A stretch of 64,000 bases of DNA, taken from NCBI GenBank assembly GCA_964610645.1, contig CAZSZE010000016.1:617-64616 (forward strand), written 5' to 3'. The position numbers and the translations under genes are program-made. The stretch is from an uncultured Enterobacterales bacterium (GTDB lineage Bacteria > Myxococcota_A > UBA796 > CAJQPC01). Below, piece after piece: positions 52,528-61,978 of the stretch. Position 1 is the first letter of the stretch. Every line of letters starts with the position of its first letter. The notes beneath the pieces are model-generated. The model saw only the letters and a program-made list of their open reading frames with translations. It made no database searches and was not told the DNA's origin.

Positions 52528-55068
52528 CTACAGGGACTCCAGCCGCTGGATCATGGACTTCTTCTGGTCTGGAAGGCTGGCTGTTTCCGCAGCGGTGATG
52601 CCTTCGTTCAGCAACTCTCGGGCCCGCTCCGTTTCCCCGGCCTTGGCGCAGATGGTGGCCAGCTGGTCACAGGTGGCAGCCAACTTTGCGTGGTCCTTGG
52701 CATGGCGTGCGGCAGGCAGGGCAGCATCGAAAGCCTCCCGGGCAGCCTCGTCCTCGCCGCTTCGGCTCGCGGCCAGCCCCGTGTTGAACAGCAGCTCCTT
52801 GGCGAAGTGCACGTCTTGCTGCAGGTTGGCTCCGGATCGGGATGCGCGGAAGTTCTCCAGGGCATCCGAGGGCTTCCCGGACATCAACTGGAAAAAGCCC
52901 AGGTTGTAGAGGTCGACCGGCTCCAGCTGGGCCAGCTTCAATTCCCGGGTGAGGCGCAGGGTGTTCTGGGCGGTTTCCATGGCCTCGGTGTAGCGCTTGA
53001 GGCCCCCCTGGGCCTGGCCCAGCAGGGCAGAGGCAGCCCGCTCGCGCATTGGGTTGCGCAAGGAGCGGGCGATGACCTGGACACGTCCCAGGACCTCCAC
53101 CGCCTTGGTGGCCTGGCCGGACATCAGCAGCGCTTCGCCATAGCCAAGGCCCGACTCCAGGGCGACCCCGGCCTGGCCCGTGCTCCCAGCGATTTCATTG
53201 GCCTTTTGAAAGTGCTCCGCGGCCTTGGCAGGCTCGTTGTCCTGCTTGGCAGCCAGTCCGCGAATGAACTCGCCCTGGGCAGCCACCTGGGGCAATGCCC
53301 GGTCTCCTTCGGGCGTCTCAATGCGTCCGAGTTTTAGGGCCTCCTCCACGTGTTGCAGGGCGACGTCCGGTTGGCCATCGGACAAGGCGATCAGGCCCAG
53401 GTGGTTCTCCACCTCGGCGACCTTGCGTTCGTCCTCGCCTGCCCGGAACAGGGTGCGGGCATCCTGTGCCCGGTCCTTCGCCCGGTAGAAGTCCTGGCGG
53501 CGGTAGTCCAGGCGAGAACCTGCAAAGAGCAGCCACGCCTTCATGGGGCGGTCCTCCCGCTCATCGGCCCATGCCATGGCCTCGTCGCAAAGGGGCTCGG
53601 CCCGCTGAAAATCGCCGGCCTGAACCATGCGATCCAGCAGGTTCATGTAGATCGTGCGCCGCATGGCATCGGGCCAGTCCAACTCCAGGCTGCGAATCAT
53701 GTCCTGGGCCATGGCCCAGACCTCGGGCCGGTCCCCGCCCAGGGCCATGGAGCGGAGCATGCGGGCCCGGTTGGGGTCCCCCATGGCCGCGTAAAGGCGG
53801 GCGGTACGCACCACGAAGTCGTAGCTCTGGGGGACCAGAAACCGCTCCAGGAAAAACGCAGTGCGCCGGCCCATCTCCCGGCCTTCCTCTGCGCGGGCAG
53901 CGTCGGCCAGGTACAGATCGCGGGCGCCCTGGAACCAGATGGCATGGGAAAACTGGTACAGCCAGGTCTGCAGTGGCTTGGAAAACTGGAGCTCCTTGAA
54001 CAGCGGAGCGGTGGCATCCAGGACATCATCCACGCTGTCCCGATCATATCCACCGATGTCGGCCAGCAGGCCCGAGGGAAAGGCGCGACCCAACAGGGCA
54101 GCTCGAAAGATAATCTCCTCCAGGTTGTTGGGTTCGGCGATCTTCCGCTTGGTGTCTGGATACCCGTCCGAGTCGAACTCGTCGTGGTCGAAGTCCTTTG
54201 GAAACAAGGTGGCGAGGCTTTCGCCGGAGAGGTCGTTCTGGAGACGGCCCTCAGAGGCCAGTACCTCGACCAGCTCGGCAACAAACCCTGGCCGTCCCTG
54301 GGCGATGCGGGCCACGTCTGCGGCGTTGGCCTCGATCTCCTTGGAGGACAGGTAGAGCTCCACTTCCTCCTCGCCCCACGGGGCCAACTCCCAGCGCTCG
54401 ATGGAGTCTCCCTTTCTCTCCAACAGGTCCAGCCAAGGAGAGGGGTGGGTGGCCTTCTGGGTTTCGGTTTGGGTTTCGGAGCCCAGGATCAGCAGGAGCT
54501 GCCCGTCGGCGCATTCCTCTTGCAGGGCCTCAAGCAATCCGTGAATGGCCAGGGAATGGCACAGGTGTGTGTTCTGGACTTCCAACACCACGGGAATCTT
54601 GCGAGCGATGCCCGCCGTGATGTGGACCAGTCCCAGGAGTGGGTTGTCCCGGGGGAGGCGCACCTGGATCGACTCGGGGGTCTTTCCGGCGGGCGCGGCC
54701 TTCAGGGTCTCCACAAAGCCCTGGTACCAGCCCTGCACCCGCTTGGTCTGTTGCGGAATCTGGGCATTGAGGATCATCTCCACCCGGCCCTTGAGGAGCG
54801 GGTCTTTCTGGAGGGTGGTCAGCAGTCCCGCATACAAGCGCAGGAGCGCCCGCATGCCGTCTTCTTCGTCGAGCAGGTTGTTCCGCCAGACAAGGACACC
54901 CTGCTCGGTCCCTTCTAGGGTCTTGGCGAAGGAGCCCACCAGCGCCCGCTTGCCACCGCCAAGCGGGGACTCCAACAAAACGGTCTGGGCCGTGCCGCCG
55001 TTGGCAGCATCGAAATGGCCCCGGAGCCGCTTGAGATCGGCAGGACGAGCAACGAAGAGATTGGCCAC
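52528..55068 (-). CDS. P-loop NTPase (AAA_16/STAND-like) with long TPR array
   Basis: 846 aa with a GTG start. N-terminal Walker A-like LLESPLGGGKRALVG. The C-terminal ~450 aa are TPR-like repeats. No DNA-binding or effector domain recognised. Confidence 0.75.
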   Translation of the reverse strand: MANLFVARPADLKRLRGHFDAANGGTAQTVLLESPLGGGKRALVGSFAKTLEGTEQGVLVWRNNLLDEEDGMRALLRLYAGLLTTLQKDPLLKGRVEMILNAQIPQQTKRVQGWYQGFVETLKAAPAGKTPESIQVRLPRDNPLLGLVHITAGIARKIPVVLEVQNTHLCHSLAIHGLLEALQEECADGQLLLILGSETQTETQKATHPSPWLDLLERKGDSIERWELAPWGEEEVELYLSSKEIEANAADVARIAQGRPGFVAELVEVLASEGRLQNDLSGESLATLFPKDFDHDEFDSDGYPDTKRKIAEPNNLEEIIFRAALLGRAFPSGLLADIGGYDRDSVDDVLDATAPLFKELQFSKPLQTWLYQFSHAIWFQGARDLYLADAARAEEGREMGRRTAFFLERFLVPQSYDFVVRTARLYAAMGDPNRARMLRSMALGGDRPEVWAMAQDMIRSLELDWPDAMRRTIYMNLLDRMVQAGDFQRAEPLCDEAMAWADEREDRPMKAWLLFAGSRLDYRRQDFYRAKDRAQDARTLFRAGEDERKVAEVENHLGLIALSDGQPDVALQHVEEALKLGRIETPEGDRALPQVAAQGEFIRGLAAKQDNEPAKAAEHFQKANEIAGSTGQAGVALESGLGYGEALLMSGQATKAVEVLGRVQVIARSLRNPMRERAASALLGQAQGGLKRYTEAMETAQNTLRLTRELKLAQLEPVDLYNLGFFQLMSGKPSDALENFRASRSGANLQQDVHFAKELLFNTGLAASRSGEDEAAREAFDAALPAARHAKDHAKLAATCDQLATICAKAGETERARELLNEGITAAETASLPDQKKSMIQRLESL

Positions 55069-55167
55069 TGAAAACTCCTGAATCTGCGCACAGAAAGGAC
55101 CACGGGAATAACGCGGCGAGACCCCCCGCGGGTGGGTGTTATGGTTTCGGACCGAGGAGGGTGCAAC

Positions 55168-55740
55168 GTGATCCTGGGAGCCATCAGCCTGCTGGGCTTT
55201 TCAATGGGGTGCGGAGGGGAGGATCTGGATCCTCTGGGTGCCCACTACAACATGCACCTCGTGGGGGTGAAGGACGATTGCCATTCCGGGGACGATGAGC
55301 AGACATTCGAGGAGACGGACTTTGTCTACTCCGTGACCTTTCCCGGGGGAAGCGATGCCGTGATCTCCCTGGGGGGGCATTCCTTTGCCCGATCCTCCAC
55401 CCTCGCCGGTTGTTCTATCGACAGCTACTACTCGCCGGTCTTCAAGGAAGAGGCCCCCGGCAACGATGAGGAACACTGGGTGCAGTGGGAGCTGGAGGGG
55501 ACTGCTTCCTTCCAGCAGGGAGGGGGCGGCTGTGGCATTGAGGCCGAGGCCTTCGAGTTGATGTCGGAGTACGAGTTCACGGATTGGGGGAAAACCAACG
55601 TGGAAGTGGAACCCAAGAACCTGGACTGGATCGGCATCGAGATCTTCCGAATCGTGGGAATGGGCGAGTCGGTCACCGACCTGGAGATCAACTGCGAGTA
55701 CCACGTGATGACAACGGGAGTCGAACTCTCCGAGGAGTAA
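55168..55740 (+). CDS. hypothetical lipoprotein
   Basis: Lipobox LLGFSMGCG. The GTG at 55168 lies 6 nt after GAGGAGGG. The ORF-track start is 55132. Confidence 0.5.
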   Translation: MILGAISLLGFSMGCGGEDLDPLGAHYNMHLVGVKDDCHSGDDEQTFEETDFVYSVTFPGGSDAVISLGGHSFARSSTLAGCSIDSYYSPVFKEEAPGNDEEHWVQWELEGTASFQQGGGGCGIEAEAFELMSEYEFTDWGKTNVEVEPKNLDWIGIEIFRIVGMGESVTDLEINCEYHVMTTGVELSEE

Positions 55741-55749
55741 ACGTCACTG

Positions 55750-57291
55750 GTGGAGAACCTCTCCCATCTGACCCTTGGTGGGGTCCTGAAACACCAGGCA
55801 GCCCGCTGTGCCGACAGGCCGGCTCTGCTCTCTCATGCGCGCTCGCTGACCTGGGCCGAACTCGATGACGAGGTGGATCGCCTGGTCTCCTTGCTGCATG
55901 GGCTTGGGGTGCGGGCAAACGATGCGGTGGGGATTCTGCTGAACAAGCGCCCGGAAGTGGTGACCGGATTTCTTGCCTGTGCCCGCTTGGGAGCGATTGT
56001 GGCCCCCGTGAACTTCAAGCTGGGCATCGACGACGTGCGACGCACCCTTGAGCTTGCCCAGGTCCGCACCGTGCTGGTGGAGCGGGAATTCGACCCGCTG
56101 CTCCACGGGCTCCTGGGCCAGCTTCCGGATCCCGCCCGCATTCTCTACGTGGGAGGAAAGGGAAGCTACGGGGAGTCGGTCTACGAGGCCATCGAGGATG
56201 TAGAGATTCTCGCGGTGGACATGCCGGACCCGAACAGCCCCGTCTACTACAACTTCACGTCGGGCACGACCGGCCGCCCCAAGGGAGCGGTGACTACCCA
56301 CCGGCAGATTCTCGCCAACGCGCTGACCGCTTTTGATCGAGACGGGGCCGATGGCCTCGGTTTCACGGAAGACGACACTTTTCTGTGCCTCTTTTCCGTG
56401 TTTTCCCATCCCCATGAGATCTTCCACCGATCTCTGTTGTGTGGAGGTGCGTTTCTGGTGTTGGACACCCTCTCCCCCCGGGTGGTGGCCCAGGCCGTGG
56501 AGAAGTTCGGCGTGTCCTGGATGATGGCGGTGCCCAGCTTCTACGAGATGCTTCTGGACCATGTGGGGGACCTTGGATGCGACCTGAGCTCGCTGCGTCG
56601 CCTGGAGGCGGGGGGGGCAGCCCTGTCCGCGGGTCGGTTGGAGCACCTGGAGGCAGCCTTTGGGGCGGATCTGCTGCCGGTCTGGGGATCCACAGAGACC
56701 ACCGGGGTGGCGTTGGCCCTTCGACCGGATCGGCCGCGGGAACCGGGCACCACGGGCCGCCCCCTGTCCGGCTACGAGGTGCGGGTAGTGGACCACCGGG
56801 GGCGTGACTGTGCGCCGGGCGTGGTGGGGGAGATGTGGGTGCGCGGGGAGGGGGTCTGTAGCGGCTACGTGGACAACCCGGATGAAACGGCGGCCTTGTT
56901 CGAGGCGGGTTGGTATGCCACCCGGGACCTGGTGCGTTGGACCGACGGGGGTTTCGTGGAGTTTGTCGGGCGGCGATCGGAAATGCTGAAAATCGGTGGG
57001 ATCCGGGTCTATCCGCTGGAGATCGAGCAGGTTCTGCGGCAACATCCTGGAGTGCGGAACGTGGTGGTGGTCCGGGCCGAGGAGCGGGTGCGCGGAGAGA
57101 TTGCCCGGGCGGTGGTGCAGGCCCGCACAGGGGAGCAGCTGGAGCCCAAGAAGCTGGCTCGCTACTGCCGGGACCGCATGCCGGTGTTCAAGGTGCCGCG
57201 GATCATTGAGGTCTGGGAGGAGATCCCACGGCTGCCCAATGGCAAGGTGGACAAGAAACAGATCCTTGCGTTGGCGGGGGCGGGCGGGTGA
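55750..57291 (+). CDS. AMP-dependent acyl-CoA/acyl-carrier ligase
   Basis: 513 aa with a GTG start. Motifs FTSGTTGRPKGAV, WYATRDLV and PRLPNGKVDKKQI. Confidence 0.9.
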   Translation: MENLSHLTLGGVLKHQAARCADRPALLSHARSLTWAELDDEVDRLVSLLHGLGVRANDAVGILLNKRPEVVTGFLACARLGAIVAPVNFKLGIDDVRRTLELAQVRTVLVEREFDPLLHGLLGQLPDPARILYVGGKGSYGESVYEAIEDVEILAVDMPDPNSPVYYNFTSGTTGRPKGAVTTHRQILANALTAFDRDGADGLGFTEDDTFLCLFSVFSHPHEIFHRSLLCGGAFLVLDTLSPRVVAQAVEKFGVSWMMAVPSFYEMLLDHVGDLGCDLSSLRRLEAGGAALSAGRLEHLEAAFGADLLPVWGSTETTGVALALRPDRPREPGTTGRPLSGYEVRVVDHRGRDCAPGVVGEMWVRGEGVCSGYVDNPDETAALFEAGWYATRDLVRWTDGGFVEFVGRRSEMLKIGGIRVYPLEIEQVLRQHPGVRNVVVVRAEERVRGEIARAVVQARTGEQLEPKKLARYCRDRMPVFKVPRIIEVWEEIPRLPNGKVDKKQILALAGAGG

Positions 57292-58331
57292 GCGGTTCGG
57301 TGGGACGACACCTGAAGGACCTGGTGTCACTTGGCTTCTTTGGTCCTGGCCGACCTCTGCTCTCCCGCCTGTCGAGGAAGCAGTTGGACCAGTTGGCGGC
57401 GACTTTGGCGGGGGTGGGAACCCGCATGGACAAGGAGCGCACCGTCCTGGCCCGGGAAGAGCTCCGGCGCTGCTTCCCCGAGGGGGGTCTTCCCCGAGGG
57501 GAGGACGACATCTTGAGGGATGCGTGGCACCTGGCCTCTTTCAATGAACTGGAAGTGCTGCGGTACCCGGCCATGAATCCGGACAACGTGGGGGAGGTCT
57601 GCACTGTGGAGGGGATGGCCCACCTGGAGGAAGCCCGGGCAGCCGGGCGCGGGGCCATTCTGGCGATCGGCCACCTGGGGGCAAACCAGATGATCATGCC
57701 GGCACTGGGCCACAGGGGGTTTGCCATGAACCAACTCTCCGCTCCGCCCACTGTTTGGGCGGAGATTCACCGGGATGGGCGGACCACGCCGGCCTATCGA
57801 CGCGTCCTCGCCCATCGTTGGAGCCTGGAGCAAGCCCTGCCCGTGCGACACATCAATGTGTTTCGCTTTCTGCGACCGGCGCTTGAGTGCCTTGCAGCCG
57901 GCGAGGTGCTGGGGCTGGCGTTTGATGGCGGCGGCGGCAAGCGCTGGGCACGGGTGGAGTTCCTCGGCCGACAGGCCAATGTCTCGGTCCAGTCTGTGCA
58001 ATTGGCGAAGAAGACGGGGGCAGCGCTGCTACCGACCCGTGTGGGACGGGTTCCCGGGGAGCCGAAACACCGCATTGAAATCCACGCCCCCATCGACCTG
58101 GGGGACGAGCAAGCCACGCTGCAGGCGGTGGCCGACCAGTTCACATCCTGGATTCGCGACCAGCCTGAGCAGTACGTGCCCTTTCTCGTGGTGCGGCGGC
58201 AGATGGCATCCATGGATGTGCAGCCGTTTTTTGCGGATTACCCGGAGCAGCCCGACGCGGGAGGGGCGGAGGCAGCGGTCGCCCGTTTGCGGGCTGCAGC
58301 GGAGCGGGCAGGCGTGGCGGGGCCGACATGA
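57288..58331 (+). CDS. lysophospholipid/lipid A biosynthesis acyltransferase family protein (LpxL/HtrB-like)
   Basis: 347 aa with a GTGA overlap. RGAILAIGHLGANQM sits at the position of the H(F/L)GNWE box, followed by GLAFDGGGG...VEFLGRQA. Confidence 0.65.
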   Translation: MSGSVGRHLKDLVSLGFFGPGRPLLSRLSRKQLDQLAATLAGVGTRMDKERTVLAREELRRCFPEGGLPRGEDDILRDAWHLASFNELEVLRYPAMNPDNVGEVCTVEGMAHLEEARAAGRGAILAIGHLGANQMIMPALGHRGFAMNQLSAPPTVWAEIHRDGRTTPAYRRVLAHRWSLEQALPVRHINVFRFLRPALECLAAGEVLGLAFDGGGGKRWARVEFLGRQANVSVQSVQLAKKTGAALLPTRVGRVPGEPKHRIEIHAPIDLGDEQATLQAVADQFTSWIRDQPEQYVPFLVVRRQMASMDVQPFFADYPEQPDAGGAEAAVARLRAAAERAGVAGPT

Positions 58332-59677
58332 GTCTGCTGGCGTTTGGGTGGTTGTGGTGGGGGTGCGGATCCCCCGCCCCCGAGGAAGTGCCCGGCTCCA
58401 GAGAGGCACCCCCGTGCCAGGGTGCGGCTTGCTTGGAGGCGACGGTGCCGGATGGCTCCCCCCCGGGCCTGGTGGTCTTTGCGGTGCTGGACACGGTCCG
58501 GGCCAGCAGCACGTCCATCTGCGGGCACGACCGGCCCACGACGCCTTTTCTGCAGTCCCTGGTGGAAGCCGGCGCCTCGCACTCCTGCCGAGCAGAAACT
58601 CCCTCCAGTTGGACCATTCCAAGCCATGCGAGCTTCTTCACCGGGGCCAATGTGCCGACACATGGCACCCACCGGGTCGGGGAAACCGTCCGCCCGCTGG
58701 ATGCACAGTGGGAGACCCTGGCCGAGAGGTACCAGGCGCGGGGCTACGACACCCTGTGCATTTCTGCGAACTCTTTTGTCTCGGACGTGACCGGGCTTAC
58801 CCAGGGGTGTGATTTTGTGCGACCCGGACGGCGAAACCTCACCGGTTCGGAGGTGGTTCAGACTCTGAAGGAGCAGATGGCCGGGCGCACCCCCGGGGAG
58901 CGCGGGTTGTTTGTGTTCCTCAACTTCTACGAGGCCCATGATCCCTGGCAGCCAATCCCCAAAGGAGTGGAGTGGGTGGAGGCGCGGCAGCTCCCACAGG
59001 AGGATGCTTCCAAGCGCTGGGCATTCGTCCGGGGGGAGATGAAGGAGGCTGAAGCCTCCCGCTACCTGGCCCACGTGACGGATCTCTATGACCACGGCAT
59101 TTTCCTTGCCGACCAGTTCCTGGGAGAGTCCTTTGAAGTGTTGCGCCTGGCCGGCTGGATGGACGGCGGTACCCGCTGGGTGATCACGTCGGACCACGGG
59201 GAGTTCCTGGGGGAGCACGGCCTGTTGAACCATGGAAAGACGCTGTTTGAGCCGGTCACGCGGGTGCCTGTGGTGGCGTTTTCCTGGCCCCGGGTGGCCG
59301 TCGACTTTGGGACCGCTCCGTTTTCGGCCACGTCGGTGTTCCAACTTGCCCTGGATGGAACCCTGGGCACGGTGCCCGCTGTCGCGGTGGACCTTCCCTC
59401 TCCCCATTGGAACGAGAACACACAGGGCCGATGGGGAGGTGGTTCGTACGTGGCCGCCTGGGAGGGCGCCCGAAAGCTCCTTTGGCAGGACGGCCAGATG
59501 ACCGAGACACACCTCGACGCGGATCCCCGGGAGGAGAGCTGGACCCCGGTGGAGGCAGGCATTCCCGACTCGCTGTCCTCTGCTGTGGAGGCCGTCCTGG
59601 GAAGAGTGGGGGAGTCCGATGCCCAGATTGATCCCCAGATGCTGGAAATGCTCCAGGCCCTGGGCTACGCGAACTGA
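58328..59677 (+). CDS. sulfatase-like hydrolase/transferase (alkaline-phosphatase superfamily), lipoprotein
   Basis: 449 aa with an ATGA overlap. Lipobox-like WLWWGCGS, then VFAVLDTVRA. The nucleophile region reads SSWTIPSHASFFTG, that is Thr-x-Pro-x-His instead of Cys/Ser-x-Pro-x-Arg. Confidence 0.8.
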   Translation: MSLLAFGWLWWGCGSPAPEEVPGSREAPPCQGAACLEATVPDGSPPGLVVFAVLDTVRASSTSICGHDRPTTPFLQSLVEAGASHSCRAETPSSWTIPSHASFFTGANVPTHGTHRVGETVRPLDAQWETLAERYQARGYDTLCISANSFVSDVTGLTQGCDFVRPGRRNLTGSEVVQTLKEQMAGRTPGERGLFVFLNFYEAHDPWQPIPKGVEWVEARQLPQEDASKRWAFVRGEMKEAEASRYLAHVTDLYDHGIFLADQFLGESFEVLRLAGWMDGGTRWVITSDHGEFLGEHGLLNHGKTLFEPVTRVPVVAFSWPRVAVDFGTAPFSATSVFQLALDGTLGTVPAVAVDLPSPHWNENTQGRWGGGSYVAAWEGARKLLWQDGQMTETHLDADPREESWTPVEAGIPDSLSSAVEAVLGRVGESDAQIDPQMLEMLQALGYAN

Positions 59678-59728
59678 CGGGCCCCAACGCTGGGGCGTTT
59701 GACTAACGGGCCCCAACGCCGGGGCGTT
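59676..59728 (+). repeat. two tandem copies of a 24-nt GC hairpin (ACGGGCCCCAACGC(T/C)GGGGCGTT)
   Basis: Copies lie at 59676-59699 and 59705-59728, directly after the sulfatase-like stop. Stem GCCCCA/TGGGGC. Terminator-like, but without a U-tract. Confidence 0.6.
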
Positions 59729-59741
59729 AGAGTGCAGTGCC

Positions 59742-60224
59742 ATGCGGTTGTTGCTTCCAGTCCTGACCTTCCCGTATCTCGCGGGGTGCATTCCCCAGCC
59801 CACCGAGGAGAGGACCCCGGAAGACACCGGGGTCGAGGACACGGGGGATCCCGTTTCCTGTGGCGAGGAGGACCTGGTCTTCGGCGCACTGGTGGAGGAT
59901 GCCGCGGGCCCTTGCGACAGCTGTCCCCATGGATTGGACCTGACTTTCTACGGCACAGTGGCCAATCCCTGTGAACACGAGGTGACATTCACCACCTCCG
60001 CAGCGTGGATCGTAGGGACCTACACCCTGGAGCCGCTGGGGTGGGAGTCGATCCAGCCGGATCGCGACGAACTCCACCCGTGGGTCATGCAACCAGGGGA
60101 GGTCATGCGGGAGGAACTCCTGGAGACGACACTTTCCCAGGGGAGCTACTTGTTGGGGGTGCAATTCACCGACCTGCCCGCGCCCCACTCTGTGACGGCC
60201 GCCTTTGATGTCGTGACCCAGTGA
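59742..60224 (+). CDS. hypothetical lipoprotein
   Basis: 160 aa. Lipobox FPYLAGC. No family recognised. Confidence 0.55.
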   Translation: MRLLLPVLTFPYLAGCIPQPTEERTPEDTGVEDTGDPVSCGEEDLVFGALVEDAAGPCDSCPHGLDLTFYGTVANPCEHEVTFTTSAAWIVGTYTLEPLGWESIQPDRDELHPWVMQPGEVMREELLETTLSQGSYLLGVQFTDLPAPHSVTAAFDVVTQ

Positions 60225-60235
60225 ACTGACGAACC

Positions 60236-61972
60236 ATGCAGAGAAGCTTGGGATTCGCCCTTTCCCTGGGGGTATTTGCCACCGGCCTGGAGCTCTGGGT
60301 GCGGGACCCTGGCCACGGTGCCCTCGGTGCAATGGACTGGGCTGTGCTGGTGGTTGTTGGGATTCTGCTCACCACTGGGCTTGCCCTTATCGGTGGCCTT
60401 GTGGAAGGGGGACTGAACAGACTCCGGCTTCCCTTTCCCGCCCAGGGCCTGGTCTTAGGGCTTCCCGTGGCGGCCCATGGAGCCGTCTGGGTCCGATTTG
60501 AGTGGTTGCGCACCTGGTCTGCCTCCGAGCCCAGGCTCCTGGCTGCGTTGGCGGGATCCATCGGCGTGGCGATGCTTGGCTCCATCTTGTTGGCCCGGTG
60601 GTTGTCGGGACATCGCCCGGTCTGGGTGGGGCTGGGCTTGTTGGGGTTGGCCGGGGCCGGATGGCAAGCACGATTGCCCTCCCTGGAAGCCCCGCCGGAG
60701 AGTGGAACTCCCGTCCTGCTCGTGACGCTGGACACGGTCCGCATGGATCGGCTGGGGGTGTACGGCGGGCCGGTTCCCACGCCCCATCTCGACGCTTTGG
60801 CCAGGGAGGGGGTGGTCTTTGAGCAGGCCATTGCCCCGGCGCCTCTGACCCAGTCCTCGCACCTGGCGATGATGACTGGAGTGCCCGCCCACGAATCGGG
60901 CGTGGTGTCCAATGGCACCCATATCGGGAATCGTCCCGCCATGGTGCAGCATGCGTTTTCAGCGGCGGGCTGGGACACGGCCGCCTTTGTCTCGGGATTT
61001 CCGCTGCACTCCCGGTTTGGCTGGGCCCAGGGATTCCGGCGCTATGACGATGACTTCGGCAGGATTCCCGGATTGGAGCAACTGGGGCTCGCCCGGGCTG
61101 TGATCTCGCTTGGGGGGAGCGCACCCATCCCGCAGCGGGCGGGCGATGTGACCGTTTCCCGGTTCCGAAAGCATGTCCAGCGCACAGGAGAGAGACCCTG
61201 GTTTGCCTGGGTACACCTCTTTGATGCCCATGCGCCGTACGAGGCGGTGGATCCGGGGCCCGCGGACACGTCCGGCCCCCCCTTGTTGTTGCCCGACTAC
61301 TGGCCAGCCTCCCACAGGGCCATCACGGACACCGCGGTGTTTGAAGCTGCCTACGATGCAGGCCTCGCCTATCTGGACTCCCTCCTGGGGGAGATGCTGG
61401 AGGCAGTGGGGAAGGACGTGGCGGTGGTGGTGGTGGGGGACCACGGGGAGTCACTGACCGAGCACGGGTACCTGTTTGATCACGGGGATCACCTGTACGA
61501 CGCTTCGCTGCGAGTGCCGCTCCTGGTGCGTGCTCCCATCGCTGCGGCGGGTACCCGGGTGCCTTGTCAGTTCCCCGGGGTGGACCTGGCTGCAATGCTG
61601 CTGGAAATCGGTGGGCTGCCGGGGGCTTCCTCGGGTTGGAAAGAGGCGCTTGGGGGAGGGGACTGTGCGGACCGGCCTGCTCTTTCCACCACCGTGGGGG
61701 CCCGGTACCAGCACAATCCGCCCATCGACCATGCGCTGCGCCACCCGGGAGAAAAGGTCATTCGGGGGGAGGAAGGCTGGGTCGAGCGCTACGACCTCCT
61801 GGCCGATCCGGGGGAGACGGTGGACCTCGCCGTGACGGATCCCGCTGCAACCCGGGCTGCCGTCGCGCGCCTGCAGGCGGGCCTGGCCGGGGAAGTCATC
61901 CCTCTGGCCCCCGAGCGCGACCCGGACATCGAGGCCGCCCTTGGGGCCTTGGGGTATGTCGAAGGCAACTAG
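60236..61972 (+). CDS. membrane-anchored sulfatase-like phosphotransferase (LtaS/EptA/OpgB-type architecture)
   Basis: 578 aa. About 5 N-terminal TM segments are followed by VLLVTLDTVRMDRLG and the nucleophile region PLTQSSHLAMMTG (Thr). Confidence 0.8.
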   Translation: MQRSLGFALSLGVFATGLELWVRDPGHGALGAMDWAVLVVVGILLTTGLALIGGLVEGGLNRLRLPFPAQGLVLGLPVAAHGAVWVRFEWLRTWSASEPRLLAALAGSIGVAMLGSILLARWLSGHRPVWVGLGLLGLAGAGWQARLPSLEAPPESGTPVLLVTLDTVRMDRLGVYGGPVPTPHLDALAREGVVFEQAIAPAPLTQSSHLAMMTGVPAHESGVVSNGTHIGNRPAMVQHAFSAAGWDTAAFVSGFPLHSRFGWAQGFRRYDDDFGRIPGLEQLGLARAVISLGGSAPIPQRAGDVTVSRFRKHVQRTGERPWFAWVHLFDAHAPYEAVDPGPADTSGPPLLLPDYWPASHRAITDTAVFEAAYDAGLAYLDSLLGEMLEAVGKDVAVVVVGDHGESLTEHGYLFDHGDHLYDASLRVPLLVRAPIAAAGTRVPCQFPGVDLAAMLLEIGGLPGASSGWKEALGGGDCADRPALSTTVGARYQHNPPIDHALRHPGEKVIRGEEGWVERYDLLADPGETVDLAVTDPAATRAAVARLQAGLAGEVIPLAPERDPDIEAALGALGYVEGN

Positions 61973-61978
61973 GCCGGG

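Noticed and set aside
55750-58331. Ligase plus acyltransferase as part of an NRPS/PKS-type biosynthetic cluster.
   Set aside because: No carrier-protein, condensation, ketosynthase or thioesterase domains are recognisable in or around these genes. The neighbours are alkaline-phosphatase-superfamily proteins and lipoproteins, which points to envelope-lipid chemistry instead.
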